Below are positions 37,600 to 49,389 of a DNA stretch of 64,000 nt, in pieces. Made by a program: the position numbers and the translations under genes. The notes under the pieces are model-generated. The model saw only the letters and a list, made by a program, of their open reading frames with translations, was not told the origin of the DNA and searched no databases. Position 1 is the stretch's first letter; each line of letters begins with the position of its first letter. The stretch comes from Mobula birostris. Taxonomy: Eukaryota. The stretch covers positions 3,725,079-3,789,078 of the forward strand of contig NC_092377.1 in NCBI RefSeq assembly GCF_030028105.1. The letters run 5' to 3'.

Positions 37600-39440
37600 G
37601 CTTCCATAGAACCATAGAACCATAGAAACTACAGCACAGAAACAGGACCTTTGGCCCTTCTTGGCTGTGCCGAACCATTTTCTGCCTAGTCCCACTGACC
37701 TGCACACGGACCATATCCCTCCATACACCTCCCATCCATGTATCTGTCCAACTTATTCTTAAATGTTAAAAAAGAACCTGCATTTACCACCTCGTCTGGC
37801 AGCTCATTCCATATTCCCACCACTCTCTGTGTGAAGAAGCCCCCCTAATGTTCCCTTTAAACTTTTCCTCCCTCACACTTAACCCATGTCCTCTGGTTTT
37901 TTTCTCCCCTTGCCTCAGTGGAAAAAGCCTGCTTGCATTCACTCTATCTATACCCATCATAATTTTATATACCTCTATCAAATCTCCCCTCATTCTTCTA
38001 CGCTCCAGGGAATAAAGTCCTAACCTATTCAATCTTTCTCTGTAACTGAGTTTCTCAAGTCCCGGCAACATCCTTGTAAACCTTCTCTGCACTCTTTCAA
38101 CCTTATTTATATCCTTCCTGTAATTTCCTGACCAAAACTGAACACAATACTCCACATTCGGCCTCACCAATGCCTTATACAACCTCATCATAACATTCCA
38201 GCTCTTATACTCAATACTTTGATTAATAAAGGCCAATGTACCAAAAGCTCTCTTTACGACCCTATCTACCTGTGACGACACTTTTAGGGAATTTTGTATC
38301 TGTATTCCCAGATCCCTCTGTTCCACTGCACTCCTCAGTGCCTTACCATTAACCCTGTATGTTCTACGTTGGTTTGTCCTTCCAACGTGCAATACCTCAC
38401 ACTTGTCAGTATTAAACTCCATCTGCCATTTTTCAGCCCATTTTTCCAGCTGGTCCAAGTCCCTCTGCAGGCTCTGAAAACCTTCCTCACTGTCTACTAC
38501 ACCTCCAATCTTTGTATCATCAGCAAACTTGCTGATCCAATTTACCACATTATCATCCAGATCATTGATATAGATGACAAATAACAATGGACCCAGCACT
38601 GATCCCTGTGGCACACCACTAGTCACAGGCCTCCACTCAGAGAAGCAATTCTCTACCACCACTCTCTGGCTTCTTCCATCGAGCCAATGTCTAATCCAAT
38701 TTACCACCTCTCCACGTATACCTAGCAACTGAATTTTCCTAACTAACCTCCCATGCGATACCTTGTCAAAGGCCTTACTGAAGTCCATGTAGACAATATC
38801 CACTGCCTTCCCTTCATCCACTTTCCTGGTAACCTCCTCGAAAAACTCCAATAGATTGGTCAAACATGACCTACCACGCACAAAGCCATGTTGACTCTCC
38901 CTAATAAGTCCCTGTCTATCCAAATGCTTGTAGATTCTGTCTCTTAGTACTCCCTCCAATAACTTACCTACTACTGACGTTAAACTCACCGGACTATAAT
39001 TTCCCGGATTACTTTTCGATCCTTTTTTAAACAACAGAACAACATGAGCCACTCTCCAATCCTCCGGCACTTCACCCGTAGACAGCGACATTTTAAATAT
39101 TTCTGCCAGGGCCCCCACAATTTCAACACTAGTCTCCTTCAAGGTCCGAGGGAACACTCTGTCAGGTCCCGGGGATTTATCCACTTTAATTTTCCTCAAG
39201 ACAGCAAGCACCTCCTCCTTTTCAATCTGCACAGTTTCCATGGTCTCCCTACTTGATTCCCTCAATTCCATAGATTTCATGCCAGCTTCCTTAGTAAATA
39301 CAGACGCAAAAAATCTATTTAAGATCCCCCCCACTTCCTTTGGTTTTGCACATAGCCGACCAGTCTGATCTTCAAGAGGACTAATTTTATCCCTTACAAT
39401 TCTTTTGCTCTTAATATACTTGGAAAAGCTCTTTGGATTG
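37600..39440 (-). mobile_element. CR1 subfamily A, RT and 3' end
   Basis: ORF 37784-39550 (588 aa) is CR1 RT. Confidence 0.95.
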
Positions 39441-39443
39441 CTC

Positions 39444-39768
39444 TCCACTCCCTCCACACTAATCCTACCATTATTATTAAACCCGCCGATAAGGGGGGTG
39501 CTGATGTAGTCTGGCGTACTGACCTCTACCTTGCCGAGGCACAGTGACAACTCGCGGATACCTCTTATTTACCCCTCGATCGTGACCCCACTAAGGAGCA
39601 CCAAGCCATTGTCTCACACACCATCACCGACTTTATCCGCTCAGGGGATCTCCCACCCACTGCTACCAACCTTGTAGTTTCCACACCTCGCACTTCTCGT
39701 TTCTACCTCCTACCCAAGATCCACAAACCTGCCTATCCTGGCAGACCTATTGTCTCAGCTTGCTCCTG
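39444..39768 (+). mobile_element. Penelope RT N-terminal fragment
   Basis: Translates to IIIKPADKGG..VVWRTDLY...RFYLLPKIHKP..PGRPIVSACS. Confidence 0.9.
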
Positions 39769-42700
39769 CATTTCGAAACTATTGCTCTGAGTTTAAAGTG
39801 GCCGAAAGACCAATGGCCAGTGATGTTACAAAGTGTAATTAAAGGCAAGGCACAACAAGTTTATACAGCTTTAAATGCTGAGCAAGCACTGGATTATGAT
39901 ATTGTTAAGCAGCATATATTAAAGGTATATGAGATGGTTCCGGAAGCGTATAGAGAAAGATTCAGAAATTTGAAGAAATCAGTGGAAAAAACTTATGTGG
40001 AATTCGCCTATGAGAAATCTGTGTGTTTTGAGAGGTGGGTTTCCTCTAAAAGTGTGAATGGGGAGAATAATAAATTGAAAGAGTTGATCTTGCAGGAGAA
40101 ATTTAAAAGAAGCATTCCTGTTGAAGTGAGAACATACTTAAATGAACAGGACACTGCTACATTGCAGGAGATTGCTAAATTAGCTGATGAGTATGTTTTA
40201 ATTCACAAGAATAAATTCTCTCCAGGTAAAATTTTTAAAAGGAAAAATAGCACAGAGAGTCAAGGTTAACCAGAAATTAAATCTGACGTTAGTGAGAAAA
40301 ATAAGGATGAAGGGAGACATGTGAAGGAAAGACATTTTGGTATTATTTGTATTTATTGTAAGAAACCTGGACATGTAGTAGCTAATTGCTTCCGATTGAA
40401 ACGGAAAGAGAAAGAAGTGGCTCCAGATGCTTGTGTGCAGCATATTGAAAAATCTGTAAAGCCACAGGGTTCAGAAAATATTGATGAAGATGTGTCAGAG
40501 TCTGACCAAGTTAAGAAGGGATATGAAACTTTTTTAACAAAAGGATTTGTATCTTTGAAAGAGGGATCCAATTCAGTACCAATATGAATACTTAGAGATA
40601 CTGGAGCTTCTCAATCACTAATATTAGTCAGTGTGCTAACGTTTAGTGATGAGTCTGACATTGGTGAGGTAAATTATATAAGAGGAGTTGGGAGTGCCCT
40701 TATGCCAGTAGATTTACATAGAGTAAATTTAAGGTCAGGATTAGTTACAAGGGTTGTTAAAGTAGGACTACCATTCAGTTTACCTGTGAATGATGTTTCT
40801 TTTTTGTTAGGGAATGATTTAGCAGGTAGACGAGTTTTTCCTGAAGTGCATTTGACAATAAACTCAAATTCTGAGGAACCACAGAGGGATTCTAACACAG
40901 AATCTTGTAACAAGAGCTATGGCTAAAAAGACTGATGTAAAGGATGAGGTTGTTACTCATGACAGTTTAAATCAAGATTCGAATTTTGAGGATGTATCAG
41001 AAACTTTCTTACCTACATTATTTGATCAGGATTTTGTTGGTAAGTCTGATCAGGAAGATTTGTTTTTATCTCGGAAGGAGATGATAGCAGAGCAGGGTAG
41101 AGATCCTGAGATAGTTAAATTAAAGGAAAAAACTCTTCCAGATAGTGAAATTGAAAAAGTACCAGTAGGATACTATTTTGAAAAGGGGGGTATTAATGAG
41201 AAAGTGGAGATCGCCTACATCCCTGCTAGTGAGGAATGGGAAGTTAATCATCAGGTAGTAGTTCCTAAAATTTATCGAAATGAGATTTTAACTGTGGCTT
41301 ATAGTATTCCTTTGGGTGGTCATTTAGGTGTAAAGAAAACTATGAACAAACTTTCTAAACATTTTTATTGAACTAGTTTAAGAAAAGATGTGGCGACATT
41401 TTGTAGAACATGTCATACGTGTCAAATTGTGGATAAACCTAATCAGGTTACTCCAGTGGCCCCACTGCAACCAATTCCAGTATTCGGTGAGCCATTCTCA
41501 AAAATCATTGTAGACTGTGCAGGTCCTTTGCCAAAAACTAAAATTGGACATCAATATTTGTTAACTATTATGTGCACAGCGCCTAGGTTTCCAGAGGCAG
41601 TACCTCTTAGGAATATAACAGCCAAAACTGTGACAAAGGCTCTTATAAAATTCTTTACTTATTTTGGGTTGCCTAAGGAAATACAATCAGATCAAGGTAG
41701 TAATTTTATGTCTGGGTTGTTTCAGCAGGTAGTTTATAAACTGGGAGCAAAACAGATTATTTCCTCAGCCTATCATCCAGAATCACAAGGAGCCTTAGAA
41801 AGATTTCATTCTACACTAAAAACTATGATTAGGACGTATTGTGTGGAAAATGAAAAGGATTGGGATGAAGGTATACATTTACTACTTTTTGCAGTAAGGG
41901 AGGCAGTACAGGAATCATTAGGTTTTAGTCCTTTTGAACTTGTGTTTGGGCATAGAGTTCGAGGACCTTTGGCCTTGTTGAAGGAACAGTGGATTAATAA
42001 AGAAGTACACACTAATTTGCTAGATTATGTTTTGAAATTTAAAGAAAGATTGTATAAAGTTTGTAGATTGGCCAAGGAAAATTTAAAATTAGCTCAAGAG
42101 AAGATGAAGACGTGGTATGATAAGGAAGCTGGGATAAGGTCATTTAAGCCTGGAGATAAGGTGTTGGTTCTTTTCCCAGTGCAAATGAACCCATTACAAG
42201 CCAAATTTCATGGTCCTTATGAGATTAAATCTAAGGTAAATGATGTAGATTACGAGGTAAAAACCCAAGATCGGAGAAAGACAACACAGCTGTGTCATAT
42301 AAATATGATAAAACCGTATTATGGGAGAGAAGCTGCTACTATGACTGTTGTGATCAATAATGAGTCTGATCTTGATAAAAACTTCATGGAGGATTCAGCT
42401 GAAACTCATTTTAAACCCAACATTATTTCAGCCAGGTTACCAAATTCAAAAATTCTGGAAAATATTGATGAGAAATTAGCTCATTTACAGCCAGAGCAGA
42501 GAGAGCAGATGAAACAGTTGATTTTTAAATATAGAGATTTATTTCCAGACGTCCCTAAAAGAACCACCGTGGCTACGCATGATGTAGATGCCGGAGAAGC
42601 AAAACCCATAAAGCAACATCCGTATCAAATGAACAGGGAAAATTGTGAACTTGCTGAACAAGAAATTAAGTATATGTTAGAGAATGTTATTATTAGACAT

Positions 42701-43590
42701 TCTAATTCGAATTGGAGTTCACCGTGTGTTATAGTGCCTAAGCCAGACCATAGTATTAGGTTTTGTATGGATTACAGAAAGGTGAATGCTGTGACAAAAA
42801 CTGATGCATATCCAATCCACAGGGTAGATGATTGTGTGGATAAAGTTGGACAGGACAAATTCCTTACAAAAATTGATTTGTTAAAAGGTTATTGGTGTGT
42901 TTCATTCATGGATAGAGGTAGAGAGATTTCAGCATTTGTAACCCCAGCCGGGTTATATGAATATAATGTTCTTCCATTTGGGATGAAGAGTGCACCAGGT
43001 ACTTTTCAGAGGATGATTAATAGCGTGATTCAGGGGTTAGAAGATGCAGATGCTTATATTGATGATTTAGTTACAGGAAATAATACATGGAAAGCACATA
43101 TTACTGCGGTGGAGAAACTATTTGAGAGACTTTCAAAAGCTATCTTAACTATTAACATCGCTAAAAGTGAATTTGGTCATGCCACGGTGACCGTTAAGGA
43201 AAAGGGTTAAGGAAATTAGACTCCAATTTAATAACACAGTCTAATGTTACAGGAATACAATATCTTGATCACTCATATTAAAGGTAAGGATAACGTGATC
43301 GCTGATTGTTTATCTAGATGTTAAATATACGATGAAAATTTGTTTTTTTTGGAGTGGTATTTTCACATTTGTAACACTCCTACTGTATATTAGTTTGTAA
43401 AGAGCTGAAAGATAAGACTGTATATATTGTGTATTTTGTAAATTTTATACTTTAGTATTTTTTTTTTGTAAATTGTTAATTGTTAAAACTTTGTTCTTTA
43501 AAAGACCAATTTTTTTTGGAGGGAGGTGTTACATGCCTCAAGGAGATCTGTGATTTTTTTTGTGAGAATGATGTAATGGTCTTTTGGAGG
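39769..43590 (+). mobile_element. Gmr1-like Ty3/Gypsy element B: gag (SCAN-like, CCHC), PR, INT, RT; RNase H deleted; truncated 3' LTR
   Basis: CIYCKKPGHVVANC knuckle; LRDTGASQ protease motif; ORF 41390-43210 has INT (VDCAGP, SDQGSNF, ERFHSTLK) before RT (YIDD); PPT at 43518-43526, then TGTTACA at 43527. Confidence 0.92.
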
Positions 43591-43599
43591 TCACTTGAG

Positions 43600-44475
43600 A
43601 CCATAAGATATAGGAGCAGAAGTAGGCCATTCAGCCCATCGAGTCTGCTCTGCCATTCAATCATGGGCTGATCCAATTTTTCCAGTCATCCCCACTTCCC
43701 TGCCTTCTCCCCATATCCTTTGATGCCCCGGCTAGTCAAGAACCTATCTATCGCTGGTTTAAATGCACCCACTGACTTGGCCTCACAGCCGCTCATGGCA
43801 AGAAATTCCACAGATTTACCACCCTCTGACTAATGCAGTTCCTCTGCATCTCAGTTCTAAATGGATGTTCCTCAATCCTGAAGTCATGCCCTTTTGTCCT
43901 AGAATCCCCTACCACGGGAAATAACTTTGCCATATCTAATCTGTTCAAGCCTTTTAACATTCAGAATGTTTCTATGAGATCCTCCTCATTCTCCTGAACT
44001 CCAGGGAATACAGCCCAAGAGCTGCCAGACGTTCCTCATATGGTAACCCTTTCATACCTGGAATCATTCTCGTGAATCTTCTCTGAACCCTCTCCAATGT
44101 CAGTATATCCTTTCTAAAATAAGGAGGCCAAAACTGCACACAATACTCCAAGTGTGGTCTCATGAGTGCATTATAGAACCTCAACATCACATCCCTGCTC
44201 TTATATTCTATACCTCTAGAAATGAATGCCAACATTGCATTCACCTTCTTCACAACCGACTCAACCTGGAGGTTAACCTTTAAAGTATCTTGCACAAAGA
44301 CTCCCAAGTCCCTTTGCATCTCTGCATTTTGAATTCTCTCCCCATCTAAATAATAGTCTGCCTGTTTATTTCTTCCACCAAAGTGCATGACCATACACTT
44401 TCCAACATTGTATTTCATTTGCTACTTCTTTGCCCATTCCCCTAGACTATCTAAGTCTCTCTGCAGGCTCTCTGT
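43600..44475 (-). mobile_element. CR1 RT and 3' fragment truncating LTR B
   Basis: ORF 43972-44418. Confidence 0.9.
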
Positions 44476-44489
44476 TTCCTCAACACTAC

Positions 44490-44830
44490 CCACAGTTGAG
44501 AGCATCCTGACTGGTTGAAACACAGCCTGGATGGAAACTCCAATATCCAAAAATGGAAGGTCCAGAAGAAGTAGTGGATACAGCCCAGTCCATCATAGAA
44601 AAAACATTCCCTGCCACTGAGCACATCTCCAAGGAGCACTGCCACCAGAAAGCGGCATTCACCAGCAAAGACCACCTCCATCCAGCCCATGCTCTCTCCT
44701 CACTATTACCATCAGAAAGAAGGTACAGGAGTCTTATGTCCCACACCACCAAGATGAGGAATGGTCATTACCCCTCAACAATCAGGCACCTGAACCAGTG
44801 TGGAATACTTCACTCACCTCAACACTGAAC
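44490..44830 (+). mobile_element. Rex1/L2-like LINE 3' fragment
   Basis: AQSIIEKT...HPAHALSSLLPSERRYRSL motif. Confidence 0.6.
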
Positions 44831-44874
44831 TGATTCCACAAACCATGGGCTCACTTTCAAGGACTCTATAGCTC

Positions 44875-45105
44875 ATGGTACGTGGTAGAGTAGTGATTAG
44901 CACAATGTGTTACAGTGCAGATGATCGGGGTTCCATTCCCATCCCTATCTGTAAGGAGTTGGTATGTTCTCCTCGTGACTCAGTGGGTTTCCTCCCACAG
45001 TCCAAAGACTTACCAGTAGGTAGGTTAATTGGTCATTGTAAATTGTCCCACGATTAGGCTAGGATTAAATTGAGTACCGCACTGCATCTGGATCAATAAA
45101 TAAAT
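44875..45105 (+). mobile_element. V-SINE (HE1-like)
   Basis: gtgggtttcctcccacagtccaaagac core. Confidence 0.7.
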
Positions 45106-45149
45106 GTCATGATAACAAAAGCAGAATCTATTCACATTGGGAAATCAAT

Positions 45150-45540
45150 AGAAGCAGAGAAAGTGGAAGTCAGCCCCAAATCAAACCACATCTGCTTATT
45201 TTGCAGATGCTATTTTTAAATGTTGGCATTGAGGCTTTGATGACGTACGTGAGATGTGTACACTTGATAAAATAGCAGGTTAATGTTTTCTAACCTCATC
45301 TGCACTATGCATGAAAATAATTCAGGAAGTGCCTCCAGCAAGCAATTGTGTCATCAGTCCAGAAATATTTATCAGAAAGTAGAAGTACAATGCAAATATT
45401 GTTGGAATTCTGGTTTTATACTAAATGTTTCAGCAATTTACCTGAAAAGGAAGCAACGAGTTTATAAGTTGGCACACCCATTACCTGAATATTACACAGA
45501 TACTGGTCTCTCCCTCTGCCCGGCTGCTGAACTGTTCAGG
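45150..45540 (-). promoter_or_regulatory. Candidate lymphoid promoter/enhancer and first-exon island
   Basis: Non-repeat island with Runx, E-box, CRE half-site, GATA, Ets and octamer motifs plus two minus-strand donor-like sites. Confidence 0.3.
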
Positions 45541-46009
45541 TACACATCCAGTCAGTCTCCTGCCCTCGATCAGCTTGAAACAAACTGACCATCACGATGT
45601 GCGCTGACAATATTGGAACCCAAGTGTGGAGGAAAGACAGACTCTGATTAGAGACGGTAACAAGAGTTTATTCATAATAATTCAAAAAGAATATCAGTGC
45701 CTCGGCTGAGTGACACCATGAGAATTAACATTCCCAAAACCAGGACTCTGTGATTAGTGCTGATCGAGTGTCTGCTCACAGGAACCCCTGAGCCTATCAG
45801 AATAAACTCAGCAAGTTTAAACAGAAAGCATCAGAACGCATTACAAAGAGCGAGTGGCAGAGAAAATCACAAGGAATTCTAAACAATTAATAACTATCAT
45901 CAAACAACAATTAAGTAATTCAGGATGTCTAAAAACCTCGGAGACCCATTGCTCCGAACAGGCCCAAAGGACTCATTACAGACTTCCCCTTCCTATGGCT
46001 GGCTCCCGA

Positions 46010-46690
46010 TGTCCCAGGGAGACCTGAGAACTCAAGACAGAGGCATAGAGAACTTAAGAGGGAGATCTGGCGAACTTGAGAGGGAGACCTGGGGAACGTG
46101 AGAGGGAGACCTGGGGAACGTGAGAGGGAGACCTGGGGAACTTGAGGGGGAAGCCTGGAGAACTAAAGAGGGAGGCATGGAGAATTTGACTGGGAGACCT
46201 GGGGAACTCGAGAGGGAACATAGAACAGTACAGCTCAGAAACAGACCCTTCGACCCACAATATTGTGCCAAACCAGCTAAATTGCAAACCAAAAGCAACC
46301 AGGCACTAATTCCTCCTACCTACACAATATCCATATTCCTCCATCTTCCTTGCATCTCTGTGCCTATCTAAATCTGAGGGACCAAGAGACCAGGGAACCC
46401 CCCACACCCCCGAGGGGCACCTGGAAGGAAACCTTGAATGAGAACAGGTAACCTCGAGTGCGGTCCTGAGATGGAGGTTTGGTAGTTCCCAAGGTGGGAG
46501 AGAACATTGTAAAAACCTTGGAAACCTTTGAAAAATCTTGGAAACCTGGAGGGCCATGGGAAACCTGGAGAACCTTAAGAACTTTGGGAACCATGGGAAT
46601 ACCTAGACAAGGATGCTTAGACCTGGAGAAAAGCCTTGAGACTTAGAGAATTGAGTCCTTGAAAGCTGGGGAAGGATCCTGGAAGGATAT
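46010..46690. repeat. Degenerate G-rich tandem array (about 20-bp unit gagggagacctggggaacgt)
   Basis: Three near-perfect units at about 46080-46142 decaying on both sides; interrupted by a CR1 tail at about 46215-46370. Confidence 0.75.
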
Positions 46691-47359
46691 GTTTTACTCT
46701 TCACTATTTTTCCAGAGGCAATTAGCATGCAGAAGGCCGTACTCTTAATTTTACAAACTGAGATAGCACAGACAGTCTCTTCTTGTTACTGAGCTAGCCA
46801 GGTCCCTGAAGATCTGTTTCATTTGTTACATGAACGTTCAATTGTCATGGTCTGTGCCATGATTTTCATCAAGATTTCAAGTGTAGGGTCGCTTACTCTT
46901 GATAGGGTGACTTTACTTGTGTGTTTGCACACTCCAGTCATGGATCCAATTTTGGAGCAGGGTTATTTCAAAATTTACACTATTGACTTGAATATTGATT
47001 TGTTGAAACAAACCAACTTTATCAATGTGCTTGCTCGAAGCCGTCAATTTTTATGCAGACCTGAGTGTTGGGACCCTGAAGCTGGGAACATTGGTAGTTG
47101 CGAAAAGCTTGGAACTCACAAAATAATTCCAAAGGAACATAGGAGCTCAGTTGAGTGACACTGTGAGACGTAACATTCTCAAAACTAGGACCCTGCAATC
47201 AGCGCCCATAGAGCATCGGCTTAGATAACACAAGTAACGCAGAATCTCCGAGTAGATCAAAGTAAACTTAACAAGCTTAAACTGACAGCAACGGGAGACT
47301 GCATTACCAAGAGTGAGTCACTTAGATCAACACAAGGATCTCTGAACGAGCGGCACTGC

Positions 47360-48430
47360 CATTCAGCCAATCTTTTCTCCATGCTTGTGTCTTTCCTGTC
47401 ATACCATGGGCTCTTGTCTTAACCTGTTAAGCTTCATGTGCAGCACCTTGTCAAAAGCCTTCTGAAATCCAAAGGGCAACAACGACTGACTCGTAGCAAC
47501 ACATCAAAATGCTGGAGGAACTCAGCAGGCCCAGCAGCATCTATGGACAAGAGTACAGATGATATTTTGGGCCAAGTCCCATCAGCAGGAATGGAAAAAA
47601 AAAGATGAGGAGTAATTTCCTCAAGAAACTCCAACAGATTTGTCAGGCAAGATTTCTGCTTGAGAAAACCTTGTTGACTTTTCCCTATTTCATCCTGAGC
47701 CTAATATTCTGGATGAGGTTAATAATTCAGGATTGTTCACTTCATCCTGAATAATGGACTCCTACACTTTTTTCAACCACTGATGTGAGGTGAACTGACT
47801 TATAATTTCCTTCCTTCTGCATCCCTCCCTTCTTAAAGAGTGAAGTGACATTTGCAATTCTCCAGTTCTCAGGAACCATTTCAGAATCTAGTGAATCTTG
47901 AAGGATGATTACTGATACCTCCACAATCTCGTCAGCTCCCTCTTTCAGAAGTCTGGGATGTATTCCATCTGGTTCAGCTGACTTATCTACCTTCAGACTT
48001 TTCATCTCCCCAACGTCTTCTCCTTAATGACAATGACACTCCCTTCTTCCCCTGACACTTACGCATGTCCAGCATTCTGCGAGTGTCTTCCACACTGAAA
48101 ACTGATGAAAGGAAGTGTGCAAGGATTCAAAGCCAGGACCAAACTGGATTCAAAGCTGGGACCATTTGACTCAAACTCTACCTCACCACCGGCCAACACA
48201 GAGGTACTGGACAAGGCCCATCAATCTCATCTCTTGCCTCCTTCAATACCGTGTGGTAATCCTCTCAGGCCCTGGTGATCTATCCACTGTAGTACTCCTG
48301 AGGATGTCCAACACTTCCTCCTCCTCGACCTCTAAACACCTGAAGGTATTTAAAAACTCAGCACTGATCTGGCTCTCCATACCCTTTTCCTTGATACATA
48401 GAGTATTCGAGAAGTAGCTCACTCACGTAC
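47360..48430 (-). mobile_element. CR1 fragments with a pLTR remnant
   Basis: ORF 47742-48005 (VDKSAEPDGIHPRLL). Confidence 0.8.
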
Positions 48431-48449
48431 TCAGCATCCATCCTGGCAA

Positions 48450-49385
48450 AACAAGTGGTTTTCCCCATTTTTTCTTACAGCTAATGAGGCCTTTTGTTCC
48501 ACTTTTCCATCCAGCTAGTGACTGTTGTTTCCACTTTTCCATCCAACTGACCAGCGTTTTCCCACTTTTCCATCCAGCTACTGACAGCTTTTCCCACTTT
48601 TCTGTCCAACTAACCAGTGTTTTCCCTCTTTTCCATCCAGCAAATGAGTGTTTTTCCTACTTTTACATTCAGCTAATGAGGCCTTTTGTTCTTCTTTTCC
48701 ATCCAGCTAGTGTGTGTTTTTCCCACTTTTTCATCCAGCTATCGAGTGTTATTCCACTTACTCCATCCAGATAATGAGTGTTTTATCCACTTTTCCATCC
48801 AGTTAATGAGGCCTTTTGTTCTGCATTTCCATCCAGCTAGCATCTGTTTTTCCCACTTTTCCATCCAACTACCAAGTACTTATATTTTTACCTGGTAACG
48901 AGTGTTTTTCCCACGTTTCTATCCAGCTATCAAGCGTTTTTCCACTTACTCCATCCAGAAAATGAGTGTTTTATCCACTTTTCCATCCAGTTAACGAGTG
49001 TCTTTTACATCTTTACATCCAGCTAATGAGAGTTTTCCTATTTTTTGTTACAGCTAATTAGACCTACTGTTCCACTTTTCCATCCAGCTAGCGATTGTTT
49101 ATCCAATTCTCCAATCACTTAACGAGATTTTTCCTGCTTTACTATACAGCTAATGAGTGTTTTTCCCACTTTTCCATCCAGCGAATAAGTGTTTTCCTTC
49201 TTTTCCATCCGGCTAATGGATATTTTTCCTTCTGTTACATTCACTTTTCCATTCGGCCAATGAGTGTTTTTCCCACTTTTCCATTGAGCTAATGTGTGTT
49301 TTCTCCACATTTCCAACCAGCTAACGAGTGTTTTTCCTACTTTTCCGTTCAGCTAATGAGTGTTTTTATCCCATTTTTCCCTGAC
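48450..49385. repeat. Minisatellite, about 32-bp unit (tttcccacttttccatccagctaatgagtgt)
   Basis: About 29 diverged copies; variant unit gctaatgaggccttttgtt recurs at about 48480, 48671 and 48801. Confidence 0.9.
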
Positions 49386-49389
49386 AGCT

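Noticed and set aside
48484-48774. Repetitive ORF (FPLFHPA repeats)
   Set aside because: A by-product of the minisatellite; neighbouring units shift frame
48450-49385. CRISPR-like array
   Set aside because: Contiguous diverged tandem units without unique spacers, in a eukaryotic context with no cas genes
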